From NCBI RefSeq assembly GCF_000341395.1, contig NC_020304.1, forward strand, positions 750,001-782,000: a stretch of 32,000 bases of DNA, read 5' to 3'. Numbering within the stretch: position 1 is the stretch's first letter; the number at the start of each line of letters is the position of its first letter. A program made the translations under genes and the position numbers. Below are positions 1 through 10,325 of this stretch, in pieces. Source of the DNA: Desulfocapsa sulfexigens DSM 10523 (lineage in GTDB: Bacteria > Desulfobacterota > Desulfobulbia > Desulfobulbales > Desulfocapsaceae). The notes under the pieces are model-generated. The model made no database searches, was not told the origin of the DNA, and saw only the letters and a list, made by a program, of their open reading frames with translations.

Positions 1-1
1 G

Positions 2-259
2 CAGGGAGGTGGTTATGGTGAATCCGCTTTACTTGCCTCCTGTTACCAGAATTGCTTACATCTTGCAAAAAGTAACAATCTCTCATCCATTGCTTTTCCA
101 GCAATCAGTTGTGGCGTTTATGGCTATCCCCCTGATCAGGCCTGTGCCATCGCCATAAAAGAGACAAACAGCTTTCTTTCAGCAAGCAATACACCTTTTA
201 CCATTCTTTTTTGCTGTTATAACGATACAATCGAAAGTGAATTCAACACACTCAGGTGA
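2..259 (+). CDS. macro-domain protein, C-terminal part (5' end outside window)
   Basis: Frame 2 is open from the window edge to TGA at 257-259. The translation ...SSIAFPAISCGVYGYPPDQACAIAIKE... resembles the conserved macro-domain (YmdB / O-acetyl-ADP-ribose deacetylase type) core as I recall it. Confidence 0.55.
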   Translation, partial: QGGGYGESALLASCYQNCLHLAKSNNLSSIAFPAISCGVYGYPPDQACAIAIKETNSFLSASNTPFTILFCCYNDTIESEFNTLR

Positions 260-262
260 CCA

Positions 263-1765
263 GTGCAGGAACAACCACAACCACAACAGCATCTAGCCGC
301 AATCGATCTCGGCTCCAACAGTTTTCATATGGTTGTAGCCCGAATCGAAGACGGCCATATTCACATTCTTGACAACCTCAAGGAAATGGTACGCCTGGGA
401 GCAGGACTCGACGAAAAGGGATGGTTATCAGAAGAATCCCGCAAGCGTGCCCTCTCCTGCCTTGAACGTTTCAGTGAACGTGTCAACGGTTTTCCCCCGG
501 GAAGTGTGGCTGCCGTTGGCACAAAAACTCTGCGTCAGGCTAAGAATGCCCGTCTTTTTTTAGAAAGCGCCAATGAGATTTTAGGGCATCCCATCTCTGT
601 GATTGCTGGAAAAGAAGAAGCCCGCCTCGTCTACCTGGGCGTCTCCCATTCCCTCGTTGCTGAAGATGGCAAACGATTTGTCATGGATATCGGTGGCGGC
701 AGCACTGAGCTCATTATCGGTGAAGACTTCGAGCCACTTCTCCTGCGCAGCCTTGATATGGGCTGCGTAAGTATGAGCCGCAGATTTTTCGAGAACGGCA
801 ATCTCAACAAAAAATGCTGGAAAAAAGCCGGGATCAAATCACACCTGTTACTGCGTCCGGTAAGACGCTATTTTCAGAAAGTCGACTGGAAATCTGCCAC
901 GGGAGCATCTGGAACGATTAAAGCCGTTGCCAAAGTCGTGAATGAACTGGGGCTTGAATCCTATGCCATCACCCTGGACAGTATGTACGCCATACGGGAT
1001 AAAATGATAGAGGCCGGACACCTCGACAATCTGGATCTGCCTGGTTTAAAGAGTGACCGCAAACCTGTTTTTGCGGGAGGCCTTGCTATCCTGATTGCAA
1101 CCTTTGAAGCACTGAAAATTGAAACTATGCAGGTTTCTGATGGTGCCCTGCGTGAAGGCCTGCTGTATGAACGACTGGGTCGCATCCAGAGTGAGGACAC
1201 TCGCCTGAAAACCGTATCTAGTGTGCAACACCGTTTTCAAATCAGTACAAAACATGCAAGAAGAGTGAGCCTGACGGCACACCGTCTCCTGAGTGGCTGT
1301 GAAAAGGAATGGAACCTGAAACTGGAAGATGCCGAATCACTGCACTGGGCAAGCAGTTTACATGAAATCGGCCTCGCCGTTTCACTCAGTGGATATCAGA
1401 AACATGGCGCATACCTGCTGGTCAACGCTGACTTACCGGGGTTTTCTCTTGAAGAACAGGCCTGGATGAGTGTTCTGGTGCGTTGCCATCGAAAAAAAAT
1501 ATCAAAGAAGCTCTTCATGGATTTAGCTCCCGAGACCCAGCGGACAGCATTAAGACTGGTGGTGCTGCTTCGCCTGGCAACACTGCTGCATCGTTCCCGA
1601 AAAGAGAAAACAGCCGTTATTGAAAACATCATCGCAACCAAAAATGGCCTGACCCTTCAATTTGCAAAAAATGAGCTAGTCAAACATCCCCTGCAACTTG
1701 CCAGTCTTAAACAGGAGGCAAAATATCTGCAGAATGTTGATTTTGAACTCAAATTTTCTTCATGA
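263..1765 (+). CDS. ppx: Ppx/GppA-family phosphatase (exopolyphosphatase / pppGpp phosphohydrolase)
   Basis: 500-aa ORF with a GTG start. The N-terminus AIDLGSNSFHMVVARIEDG and the later DIGGGSTE are the actin-like ATPase-fold phosphate motifs typical of Ppx/GppA. The size fits the family. Confidence 0.85.
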   Translation: MQEQPQPQQHLAAIDLGSNSFHMVVARIEDGHIHILDNLKEMVRLGAGLDEKGWLSEESRKRALSCLERFSERVNGFPPGSVAAVGTKTLRQAKNARLFLESANEILGHPISVIAGKEEARLVYLGVSHSLVAEDGKRFVMDIGGGSTELIIGEDFEPLLLRSLDMGCVSMSRRFFENGNLNKKCWKKAGIKSHLLLRPVRRYFQKVDWKSATGASGTIKAVAKVVNELGLESYAITLDSMYAIRDKMIEAGHLDNLDLPGLKSDRKPVFAGGLAILIATFEALKIETMQVSDGALREGLLYERLGRIQSEDTRLKTVSSVQHRFQISTKHARRVSLTAHRLLSGCEKEWNLKLEDAESLHWASSLHEIGLAVSLSGYQKHGAYLLVNADLPGFSLEEQAWMSVLVRCHRKKISKKLFMDLAPETQRTALRLVVLLRLATLLHRSRKEKTAVIENIIATKNGLTLQFAKNELVKHPLQLASLKQEAKYLQNVDFELKFSS

Positions 1766-1981
1766 AAAAAATCGTCCAAGACGGTTAAGAACAGTACAGG
1801 GCATCTCGAAAATCGTTGTCACTATCCCCCCTTTACCACGCCCCTCGGTGCCACTCAGCTTGAAATCTGAGTGAAACTTTTTGCCACATGAGGGGCAGAC
1901 CATAACCAATCCACCAACATTCGTAGGAAACCTGAGTTTCTGGCCACATCCCGGACATTTTTTTTCAATACAATCGGACAT
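1760..1981 (-). CDS. small zinc-ribbon protein
   Basis: 73-aa ORF with two CxxC pairs (CPGCGQK...CPSCGKK). It is convergent with ppx and overlaps its end by 6 nt. Confidence 0.5.
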   Translation of the reverse strand: MSDCIEKKCPGCGQKLRFPTNVGGLVMVCPSCGKKFHSDFKLSGTEGRGKGGIVTTIFEMPCTVLNRLGRFFS

Positions 1982-2011
1982 AATTAAACCTGCACCATCC
2001 TGCCATTCTCG

Positions 2012-3646
2012 CTATTTTCTGAATCTACTGATTAGTTCATTCAAGATGGAAACCTGGCCAGCAAGATCACCTGCGGTCTTTTCTATCTCATCACCACTCC
2101 CGGAGAGACGGGAAACAATATGACTGGTCTCGGCTATATTCCTTGCAATTTCTGCCGATACTGCGGATGTTTGAGACACATTTTCATTCACTTCAGAAAT
2201 ACCCTGTGCCGCCTGCATAACATTCTGTGAGATTTCACCCGAGGTTGCACTTTGCTCCTGAACAGCCGTACTGATTTCGGTGACGATACTATCCACCTCC
2301 CTAATGACAGTACTGATCTGACGAATCTCCTTCACTGTCTCATTCGTTGAGTTCTGAATTGCACTAATATTACTTTTAATCTCTCCAGTTGCCTGGGAGG
2401 TCTGTTTCGCAAGTTCCTTGATTTCGTTTGCAACAACCGCAAATCCTTTTCCAGCCTCACCGGCTCTTGCCGCTTCGATCGTTGCATTCAGCGCGAGCAG
2501 ATTCGTCTGCTCTGAAATTTCTGTAATAGCCTCGGTTACCTTGCTGATTTCTGCTGCAGCCGCCCCGAGAGCATCAACTTTGCCAGAAGAACTTGCCGCC
2601 AATGCTACAGCCTGTCGCGTAATTTCCTGTGCCTTATTGGTCTTTGCCGCCTCATCCTCCACCGAAGCAAGAATCTCTTCAATGGCACTGGCAACAAGAC
2701 TGACATTGGTGGATGCTTCTTCACTTGCCGCAGCGACAGAATTCATATTGCTGCTCATTTCTTCAGTAGCTGCAGCAACACTCTCTGCCTGGCTGGAGGC
2801 CTCACTCGTCCCACTCGAAAGAGCTTTGGAAATCGCCGACAAGAGTTTCGATGAAGAAGTCAGGGCATCCGACTGCTGCTGAACATTACCAATCATCTCC
2901 AGCAAACCGCCAGACATAGCTGAAAGAGCAGTTCCAATGGAACTGATTTCATCATTTCCATCAATGACTATGGGCACAGTAAAATTTCCCTTTCCCATTT
3001 CCTGTGTCGTCTTTTGAATAAGCGAAAGCCGTTTCCCCACGTTCAGCAGTACCAGGGAAAAAAGAATAAAAAAAGCAAACAGGGCAGCAGCAACTATCGC
3101 CATCAATATTTGTAATGACTTAATGGTTTCATTTAAAGAATCCCCAGCCGCTTTCTCCAGAGAATGAACATGTTCTTCCAATATTTCAAAAGCCTCAAAT
3201 GCAGGAGTATCATCAATCTTAACTGCCATGTCTATCTCCATTGGAGTTTTACCGTCCTTGTGCATGGCAAGAGATGTCTTGATAGCCTTTGCATATTGCG
3301 TAGCTACTTCCTGGACTGCCAAGAGTGCTGTCTGTTCTTTAGAGGAAAGATCAAGTTTTTCATACGCCCCAAAAGCCTGGTGCATACGATCCTTATTTTG
3401 CATAAATCGATCAGCGTATTTTTGAGTACCCCGCAAAACATGATTCTTGAAATTGTGAATAAAACCACCGTAGCCGAACTGCGATTTTATTTCAGCAAGT
3501 TGAACCTGCCTCTTCAGAGCTGTCTGCTGGTAATCTGTCCATTGACTGCCAATATTGAGAATTGTACGGAGCTGAATAAAACCTGCTATGGAAAGCAATG
3601 CGATCAGGCCCACTGAAAGCAACAAAAGTTTTTTCTTGATTGTCAC
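2012..3646 (-). CDS. methyl-accepting chemotaxis protein
   Basis: 544 aa. It has an N-terminal TM helix, a periplasmic domain, a second TM helix and a HAMP-like segment. The conserved signalling hairpin [35 protein letters not shown] is present. Confidence 0.9.
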   Translation of the reverse strand: MTIKKKLLLLSVGLIALLSIAGFIQLRTILNIGSQWTDYQQTALKRQVQLAEIKSQFGYGGFIHNFKNHVLRGTQKYADRFMQNKDRMHQAFGAYEKLDLSSKEQTALLAVQEVATQYAKAIKTSLAMHKDGKTPMEIDMAVKIDDTPAFEAFEILEEHVHSLEKAAGDSLNETIKSLQILMAIVAAALFAFFILFSLVLLNVGKRLSLIQKTTQEMGKGNFTVPIVIDGNDEISSIGTALSAMSGGLLEMIGNVQQQSDALTSSSKLLSAISKALSSGTSEASSQAESVAAATEEMSSNMNSVAAASEEASTNVSLVASAIEEILASVEDEAAKTNKAQEITRQAVALAASSSGKVDALGAAAAEISKVTEAITEISEQTNLLALNATIEAARAGEAGKGFAVVANEIKELAKQTSQATGEIKSNISAIQNSTNETVKEIRQISTVIREVDSIVTEISTAVQEQSATSGEISQNVMQAAQGISEVNENVSQTSAVSAEIARNIAETSHIVSRLSGSGDEIEKTAGDLAGQVSILNELISRFRK

Positions 3647-3934
3647 AGATTACCTCATATGTAAGTATTTTATTTGCTGGAATTATGAAAATATCATCCT
3701 GTCTTTGAACGCTATCACCAAACATTCACATATAAAAGGATTATTCAAGTATCACTAAAATAGAGGCAACTTTTGCCGGGATGGATATCTGTGCGGAATG
3801 TCAATCTCAACGTCCTCACAATCACATTATCCTTGACCATTCCACCACTATCTGTCACAATGTGGTACATGGTATATTTATCCCGGCATCCTGCCAAAGA
3901 TTTTAAATATACCTTCCTACTATAGGAGCTTGAC

Positions 3935-4336
3935 ATGAAACAGCTATTTATTGGAATGTTCTGTGTTGCTATACTCGCAGCAACATCCTTTTCAGTCTCC
4001 GCCACGCCCCAAAAGCGCTATGACGAAAATACAGGAAGTTGCAGAATTCTGGACAGCGGACCACTTGAATGGGAAAGCCGGGCGTGGGGACAGGGAGGGA
4101 AAGGCTTCAAGCAGGTGTGTAAAAGTTGCCATACCCGTGGAAATGACAAAGGGGCGAGATACCTGTATGAGGAATCGAAATCCTCTAAGGGCTGGAATCG
4201 AATATTTACGACCAGGCGAGCAGAATGTGCAAAGGACGGTTCATGGGCCAAACTTTCCGATGAGCAGTTACTGATGGTCAATGACTATCTCTATCGCTGG
4301 TCATCCACAAGTCTCGATAGAAACGACAGCGCCTGA
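3935..4336 (+). CDS. small periplasmic mono-haem c-type cytochrome
   Basis: 133 aa. AGGAG lies upstream of the ATG. It has a signal peptide (MKQLFIGMFCVAILAATSFSVSA) and a single CKSCH haem-binding motif. Confidence 0.65.
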   Translation: MKQLFIGMFCVAILAATSFSVSATPQKRYDENTGSCRILDSGPLEWESRAWGQGGKGFKQVCKSCHTRGNDKGARYLYEESKSSKGWNRIFTTRRAECAKDGSWAKLSDEQLLMVNDYLYRWSSTSLDRNDSA

Positions 4337-4405
4337 CGTTGATTCTTCTCTTCCGGTTCGGAAGAAAAAAGCTATACGGACGAGTCACTTCTTCAGCAAA
4401 AAAAG

Positions 4406-5578
4406 TCACCTCCACCAAAGAGGAAAAAGTGGCTCTTCCTTTCTTAACTCCTTCAAAGGATAATGGGTTCCACGCCAGTCGATACCCTGGTTGCGAAGAG
4501 TTGTCCAGACAGCTCTCAACACTGTATACACAGTGAGATAAGGTGTCACTAAAGACCAGAGCACTGCAGTCAGCTGAACACCCATCCATTTAGAATTACA
4601 GACAAAAACGGCAATACGACACAGAATCGCAGCGCAAAAAAACACCCTTATCATTCCCTGCGTTAGCAGAACTCCCCATACCGGAACGATGGTGAGCAGA
4701 ATAATTCCCAGGACAGCCACCGTAACATACGAAATTCGATAGCTGTAAAGAGCAAAGATATTCTTCATCAATCCACGAACCATCTCAGAAACACTCCCAT
4801 ACCAACGAACCTGCACAAAATCTCCACCCTGTAAACAATCCTGAGTGAAACCCCGCTGTTTCACTCTCTTCCCAAGCATTATATCATCGATTGGATGCAT
4901 TCTAAAAGTCGAATGCCCACCCAGTTCCCAGTAGACCCTGGTGCGAATCATATTAAAGGCTCCCACGCCGATAAATGCTGTGCTGTTTTTCTTTCTGGCA
5001 TTCCAGGGCCTGAGAAGAAGAAAGAGACCGCCCAGTGCATCAATAATCATAGCATTGAGCAATCCACCTGGGGTCAGATTGCGAAAAATCAGGGAAAGAT
5101 GATCGAGATTTTCATGTCTGAAATAGGCCACGGCCCGAGAAATTGTGGACGATTCCATAATAATATCGGCATCGGTAAAAAGCAGAATATCCCCCTGAGC
5201 CCTTTTGGCACCCAGAGAGAGAGCATGGTTTTTCCCAAGCCACCCCGAAGGGAGCTCTTTCACCTGACTTACCAGAATCTGAGGATATTTCTGACGCAAT
5301 TTTGTAATGACTGCAAAAGTAGCATCAGTAGAACGGTCATCAACAACAATGATTTCTAAGGAGGGATAGTCCTGTTGTAAGACTGAGGACAGGGCAGGCT
5401 CAAGCGTTGTGGCTTCGTTACAGGCTGGCACAACAATAGAGACAAGTGGAACATCTGTCTCCAGTTCCGGTGATGTTTTGTTCAGGTTCTGCATTTTCAG
5501 GCACCCCTGAAAAACTTGCAACATACCTGAGACACTTATGAGAAAAACAAGGAAGGCAAACACCATCAAAAAAGACAT
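4406..5578 (-). CDS. family-2 glycosyltransferase, membrane-anchored
   Basis: 390 aa. VSIVVPACNEATTLEPALSSVLQQDYPSLEIIVVDDRSTD followed by LFTDAD is the GT2 signature. There are hydrophobic N- and C-terminal segments. Confidence 0.8.
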   Translation of the reverse strand: MSFLMVFAFLVFLISVSGMLQVFQGCLKMQNLNKTSPELETDVPLVSIVVPACNEATTLEPALSSVLQQDYPSLEIIVVDDRSTDATFAVITKLRQKYPQILVSQVKELPSGWLGKNHALSLGAKRAQGDILLFTDADIIMESSTISRAVAYFRHENLDHLSLIFRNLTPGGLLNAMIIDALGGLFLLLRPWNARKKNSTAFIGVGAFNMIRTRVYWELGGHSTFRMHPIDDIMLGKRVKQRGFTQDCLQGGDFVQVRWYGSVSEMVRGLMKNIFALYSYRISYVTVAVLGIILLTIVPVWGVLLTQGMIRVFFCAAILCRIAVFVCNSKWMGVQLTAVLWSLVTPYLTVYTVLRAVWTTLRNQGIDWRGTHYPLKELRKEEPLFPLWWR

Positions 5579-5802
5579 TGTTTCAAACAGGGCAATATGA
5601 GTTAAACGGCTTCACAGTAAAGAAGAAACCGCATGAAATGTGCCACCTCAGAAACACTACTTCTATCATAAACCGGGAGAGAACAACATGCACGAAGAAC
5701 AAAAAAAAACTGTGGTCATTCAACTCCCCATCAACCAATAACTTGCATCAATAGTGAGAGAACAACCACAGTTCCGAACTGATGTGAACCAGAGAAAGCT
5801 TT

Positions 5803-6042
5803 TTATTTACGCAATGATTTTGGTTCCTTTGCCATACGTTCAATTTTATTATCTGTGGCGTCAGCTGTTGCTTTGGCCTCCAGGGCAGTATTTTCAGCAT
5901 TACGAGCCGTCCGCAAAGCTTCGTCAGCGGTAGCGTTGGCCTGCTGAGCCAGTGCTTTAACAGCGTCTAAATCTTTATTGCTGGCACATCCTGCAAGACC
6001 GATGACAATGAGTAGGGCAAGAACTTTAACAGTATTCTTCAT
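5803..6042 (-). CDS. Lpp-like alanine-rich lipoprotein
   Basis: 79 aa. It has a lipobox (LAGC) after a signal peptide, followed by an Ala/Asn/Asp-rich helical repeat region. AGAGGA lies upstream of the ATG. Confidence 0.7.
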   Translation of the reverse strand: MKNTVKVLALLIVIGLAGCASNKDLDAVKALAQQANATADEALRTARNAENTALEAKATADATDNKIERMAKEPKSLRK

Positions 6043-6201
6043 GGGAAATCCTCTTGTTAATTTTTATAAGATATAATACGTAAATGAACAAATTATTAAC
6101 TAGTAATATATACCAAAAAAACGGGAAAGTAGCAATCTGCTTTTATCGACGCTCCAAACACAGCCTTTCCATGATAGGAGGGAGACGAGGCTATTACTTT
6201 C

Positions 6202-7731
6202 TTATTTAAGCCATCTGATCTCGTACAAATCACTCCTGCGACTAGCCAGATTTTGTACGCTTCCCTGGGTCCTGATTTCTTTTAAAAGATCCAGATCAAG
6301 ATCTGCAAGCAGTGTCATCTCCGTATTCGGAGTTGCTTCTGCCGCCACTGCATCATGCGGAAAGGCAAAATCGGAAGGAGTGAAAATAGCTGACTGGGAA
6401 TATTGGATATCCATGTTCTCCACCTTCGGGAGGTTACCGACACTGCCGGTAATCGCCACATAGCACTCGTTTTCAATCGCACGGGCCTGGGCACAGCGCC
6501 TGACTCGGAGATACCCATTTTTGGTGTCTGTCCAGTATGGCACCAGCAGGAGCTTGATTCCTTTGTCAACGAGCATGCGTGGCAACTCCGGGAACTCAAC
6601 ATCGAAACAGATAAGAATACCGATCTTCCCGATATCGGTATCAAAAACTTTCAACTCATTTCCTCCATTAAACCCCCACCATTCAGATTCATCAGGAGTG
6701 ATATGAAGTTTGTACTGAGAGTCCCAGGTGCCGTCGCGTCTACAAAGAAAAGCAACATTGTAGAGTTTTCCATCTTCATAAATAGGCAGACTGCCGGTAA
6801 CGATATTAATATTGTACTTCATGGCCATTTGCAGCATCGATTCCCTGAGGGCGTCAGTTGACTCCGCAAGAGAACGCATTGCCATGGCAGGATTCTGCTG
6901 ATCAAAGTTTGCGAGCAATGGTGCGTTGAACATCTCAGGAAAAAGGAGCAGGTCAACCTTATAACCAGCTGCAGCATCCACAAAGAAGTCAATCTGCTGG
7001 AGGAGATCTTCTGTACTTGGGAATAAACGCATCTGCCACTGCACAACACTTATGCGGGCGTTTGATTTTCTCCCCCAGATCATCCGTTTTTTGTTTTCAT
7101 AAAAGATGTTGTTCCACTCCAGAAGAACAGCATAGCTTTTTGAACGGGTATCTTCGGGAATATAATTCCTGATAGCTCTCTTGGGGTGAAAATCATTGGA
7201 GAGCTGAAAGGTCAACACCTGATCTACAATTTCTCTTTTGCGAACCTTGTCTATATATTGATCCGGGGTGAGTTCTTTTGCGTATTTTGCATAACCGGGT
7301 ATACGTCCACCGGCGATAATTCCTTTAAGGTTACGCTGCTGACACAGCTCTTTACGGGCATCATAGAGACGCCTGCCAAGACGCATACCGCGGTAATCTG
7401 GATGGACAAATACGTCTATACCGTACAGGTAATCGCCTTCCGGATCATTACTGCTAAATTTCCCCTGATCAACAATATCATCATAGGAATGGTCGTCTTC
7501 AATTTTTGAATAATTAACAATGAGCGTCAAAGCTGCTGCGACAACTTTTCCGTTATCCTCAATACAAATCTGCCCATCCGGAAACACTGTAAGGAGCCTT
7601 TCTATTTCATCTGGTGTCCAGGAGCCTCCCATGCCGGAATAGGCCTGTTTCATTATTGCATCTATTTCACTGTAGTCAGAGAACTGCAGACCTCTGAGCT
7701 TGAGTTTATGATCTATGGTTTCGTTTAGCAC
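6202..7731 (-). CDS. bifunctional GNAT acetyltransferase / carbon-nitrogen hydrolase (nitrilase-superfamily) protein
   Basis: 509 aa. The N-terminal half has the GNAT motif (HPDYRGMRLGRRLY). The C-terminal half has nitrilase-superfamily elements (LLLFPE..., ...GILICFDVEFPE with the catalytic Cys). Confidence 0.8.
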   Translation of the reverse strand: MLNETIDHKLKLRGLQFSDYSEIDAIMKQAYSGMGGSWTPDEIERLLTVFPDGQICIEDNGKVVAAALTLIVNYSKIEDDHSYDDIVDQGKFSSNDPEGDYLYGIDVFVHPDYRGMRLGRRLYDARKELCQQRNLKGIIAGGRIPGYAKYAKELTPDQYIDKVRKREIVDQVLTFQLSNDFHPKRAIRNYIPEDTRSKSYAVLLEWNNIFYENKKRMIWGRKSNARISVVQWQMRLFPSTEDLLQQIDFFVDAAAGYKVDLLLFPEMFNAPLLANFDQQNPAMAMRSLAESTDALRESMLQMAMKYNINIVTGSLPIYEDGKLYNVAFLCRRDGTWDSQYKLHITPDESEWWGFNGGNELKVFDTDIGKIGILICFDVEFPELPRMLVDKGIKLLLVPYWTDTKNGYLRVRRCAQARAIENECYVAITGSVGNLPKVENMDIQYSQSAIFTPSDFAFPHDAVAAEATPNTEMTLLADLDLDLLKEIRTQGSVQNLASRRSDLYEIRWLK

Positions 7732-8157
7732 TGTATTTCCTCAATTCAATCGATGTTAATCTGTTCAAATATGTTTTTAAAGAAATTATGAACGGTGTAA
7801 AAAGACGTCACCTATATTAAAGCAGACGCTTACATCGTCCTGAAAGATTTGTCATTGTAATTCCATTTCACCTTGTGCATTTTCGTTCTTTTTTTAGACG
7901 AGAACAGCCGCTTTCCGCATCTTTCCACCAACTTCGTTTTTATAGGATCGAATAGAACTTCACATGATTCTTGAGCACTCGATAAGAGTAGGACTTTAAT
8001 CGGCCGACCTCCTACAGATCTATCCATGGTGTTAGAAATAAGGATGGGGAAATAACTGGCTGGCTTGAAGGTAGGCTTTCATGAAACAAAAAAACCGTAT
8101 ACCTTTGCTGGTTAATGGGCAAATAGTACTTCTGTATCAAATGAGAACGAAATAAAA

Positions 8158-8219
8158 TGGTACGGAGATCGGAGTCGAACCGACACGGGCCAAAGCCCGC
8201 TGGATTTTGAGCCCAGTGC
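8158..8219 (-). repeat. decayed partial copy (3' ~62 nt) of tRNA-Leu(CAA); distal att-type direct repeat of the island
   Basis: It aligns to 24348-24410 with a 37-nt perfect core (8175-8211), 4 mismatches and a 1-nt deletion. The changes break acceptor and T-stem pairing, so it is not a functional tRNA. Confidence 0.85.
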
Positions 8220-8287
8220 TATTCACGCACCAAGATATTGATTCAATAGCAAAATACAAAAAGATTCTGGCGCAGACCCTACCCATT

Positions 8288-8341
8288 TTAACCTATCGGT
8301 TAAGTCACGATCCACATCACACCACTTCACCGATCGGTTAA
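8288..8341 (+). promoter_or_regulatory. two operator-like palindromes upstream of hipB
   Basis: TTAACC-N4-GGTTAA lies at 8288-8303 and TTCACC-N4-GGTTAA at 8326-8341, 38 bp centre to centre, immediately upstream of hipB. The arrangement recalls the multiple HipB operators of E. coli hipBA. Confidence 0.45.
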
Positions 8342-8398
8342 AACACATTGACTCTCAGTAAATTTAACTGTACGGTCAAAAAAGGAGGCCTTCACACC

Positions 8399-8641
8399 AT
8401 GTCAAAAATTAAATATCCATATCATGTGCGCCTACCCAAATACATTGGCCCGGCAATCAAGGATGCTCGTAAAAAAAAGCAATGGACCCAAAAGGACCTT
8501 GCTGACTACACCGCAACGAGCGTGAAGTTTATAAGTAATATCGAGCAGGGCAAAACCACAGCACAACTTGATAAAGTTTTTGATTTGATACGTACCGTAG
8601 GGCTGAGAGTTTACCTAACCGAAGGAGATATCGACAAATGA
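8399..8641 (+). CDS. hipB: HipB-like XRE-family HTH antitoxin
   Basis: The HTH segment is WTQKDLADYTATSVKFISNIEQGK. GGAGG at 8384-8388 precedes the ATG at 8399, whereas the track ORF begins at an upstream TTG (8348). The stop overlaps the hipA start (ATGA). Confidence 0.8.
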   Translation: MSKIKYPYHVRLPKYIGPAIKDARKKKQWTQKDLADYTATSVKFISNIEQGKTTAQLDKVFDLIRTVGLRVYLTEGDIDK

Positions 8642-9894
8642 GTAATCTCACAGTCTACTGGGATCAACAAATCGTCGGTACAATATCAAGACACCCAAAA
8701 GGCGAAATCACCTTTCAATACGCTGCCGAGTGGCTCAAAAACAGTGGGCGCCAAATATCACTGTCACTGCCATGTCAAGAAGAACGATTCTCCCCTGGAG
8801 TCAGCACAGCTTTTTTTGAAAATCTCTTTCCCGAGAGTGACGCACGAACCATTCTAGCCTTCAACCATCGATTCGACAAAAAAGACACCTTTGCCTTTCT
8901 CGAAAATTTTGGAGAAGATTGCGCTGGTGCCCTCTCCATTATTCCTGAGAGTGGAGATATTCCTCCTCATTCCAGCAAGTATCGATGTATAGACGTTGAG
9001 CTGCAAAAGGCATTGCAGGCCATCGAATCGGATCCTGGTAAGCACAAATTATATCCTGAGTTAGCTAACGCCCGCCTATCAATTGCCGGAGCTCAAGACA
9101 AATTACCAGTGTATTATGAGAAGGGAAGCTTTTCTCTCCCTGAGAATTCGGCATCGCCTACAACGCATATAATAAAACCTGCCAGTCCTTATTTTCATGA
9201 TATCCAGAGAAATGAAGTATTCTGTATGGACCTGGCCCGGCAGGCTGGCCTCTCAGTCCCTCACTCTGAACTATACACGTTTGCAGGCTATGAACTGTTT
9301 CTTATAGAACGTTATGATCGATTCCACTCAGAGAATAAAGTGAAACGGGTACATCAGGAAGATTTCTGTCAGGCAATGGGACTACCGTTTCACAAAAAAT
9401 ATCAGGAACAGGGAGGCCCAGGCTTTTTACACTGCAGAGAACTCGCCGAGGAGCATTTATCAGCCGATATATCAGTGGTAAAACAAAAGCTGACCGCTGT
9501 CATGACTTTCAATTTTCTCATAGGCAACAATGATGCGCATGGTAAAAATTTCTCAATTATTCACAAAGATACTATTACGCTCGCACCGTTCTATGATTTA
9601 GTTTCAACACAGGTTTATCCTAATTTGGATCGCAAACTTGCCATGGCAATAGGTAATACCTACAGGCACGATCGAGTGAACCAAGGTGCTTTTGTCAAAC
9701 TCAGTAAGGATATGAAACTTCGGCCTGAAAAGGTTTTTGAAATTATCACAGCAACTGCTCAAAAAATTGGAAAAATATACGAGAAGGTACTGGCTATACA
9801 TGAAAAGCAGTATGGTAAGGCAGTGATTTATTCGGATCTCCATACTGTGCTGCTCACAAATCTTGCTCGAATACAGGAAATTATGAGGAATTAG
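8638..9894 (+). CDS. hipA: HipA-family serine/threonine kinase toxin
   Basis: 418 aa. The HipA hallmarks are present: SIAGAQDKLPV and the catalytic-loop segment GNNDAHGKNFS. Confidence 0.9.
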   Translation: MSNLTVYWDQQIVGTISRHPKGEITFQYAAEWLKNSGRQISLSLPCQEERFSPGVSTAFFENLFPESDARTILAFNHRFDKKDTFAFLENFGEDCAGALSIIPESGDIPPHSSKYRCIDVELQKALQAIESDPGKHKLYPELANARLSIAGAQDKLPVYYEKGSFSLPENSASPTTHIIKPASPYFHDIQRNEVFCMDLARQAGLSVPHSELYTFAGYELFLIERYDRFHSENKVKRVHQEDFCQAMGLPFHKKYQEQGGPGFLHCRELAEEHLSADISVVKQKLTAVMTFNFLIGNNDAHGKNFSIIHKDTITLAPFYDLVSTQVYPNLDRKLAMAIGNTYRHDRVNQGAFVKLSKDMKLRPEKVFEIITATAQKIGKIYEKVLAIHEKQYGKAVIYSDLHTVLLTNLARIQEIMRN

Positions 9895-9914
9895 CCCTTC
9901 TTCACCCAAGAATA

Positions 9915-9946
9915 TTGTCAAGGATTGCTTGACAACTGAATTTTTC
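9915..9946 (+). terminator. hairpin plus T-run downstream of hipA
   Basis: TTGTCAAG (9915-9922) pairs with CTTGACAA (9928-9935) around a 5-nt loop. It is followed by CTGAATTTTT. Confidence 0.45.
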
Positions 9947-10201
9947 ACAAGCTCTGCTGGCCCAAAAATGACGCAAACAAAAAAGAAAGCATCACATTTC
10001 GGGCTATTGATTGAAGCCGAGCTGGCAAACATGGAAGATGCCGTCCAAGCGGGATACGAGAGGTAAGGTGATGGTGATATGACATCGCTTTTTCAGACGA
10101 CCTTAAAAAATCGATTTCCTGATCGAGAAAACTTAGATGGGGGGCCAGAAACAACAAAGCTGCAATCACTAGATCAACTAATGATTACAGCTTCTTGTCA
10201 T

Positions 10202-10224
10202 TGGTGCGGAGGTCGGAGCCAAAC
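10202..10224 (-). repeat. third, short remnant of the tRNA-Leu 3' end (internal att-like site)
   Basis: TGGTGCGGAGGTCGGAGCCAAAC compares with tRNA 24348-24372 TGGTGCCGGAGGTCGGAATCGAACC and with the 8158 copy TGGTACGGAGATCGGAGTCGAAC. It has the same orientation as both. Confidence 0.55.
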
Positions 10225-10325
10225 ATTATCGTATTTACCATTACATTCCATGTACATACTCATGGTGTCGTTTTTATACTCAACCCAAATACCCACTTTC
10301 ATACCCACTTTATCCAGACACAATG

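Noticed and set aside
2418-3616. Plus-strand ORFs 2418-2882, 3164-3616 and 3228-3425
   Set aside because: They are antisense shadow ORFs inside the methyl-accepting chemotaxis protein gene. The Ala/Ser-rich translation mirrors the MCP coiled-coil repeats.
4278-4589. Small ORFs between the cytochrome c gene and the glycosyltransferase gene (4278-4589 -, 4281-4463 +, 4339-4536 +), and the ORFs inside or antisense to the cytochrome c gene (3951-4274 +, 4018-4281 -)
   Set aside because: They overlap each other or better-supported genes, have low-complexity translations and show no start-site signals.
7830-8027. 65-aa minus-strand ORF between the GNAT/nitrilase gene and the island boundary
   Set aside because: It has no ribosome-binding site or motif and lies in an AT-rich spacer. 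It cannot be distinguished from a chance ORF.
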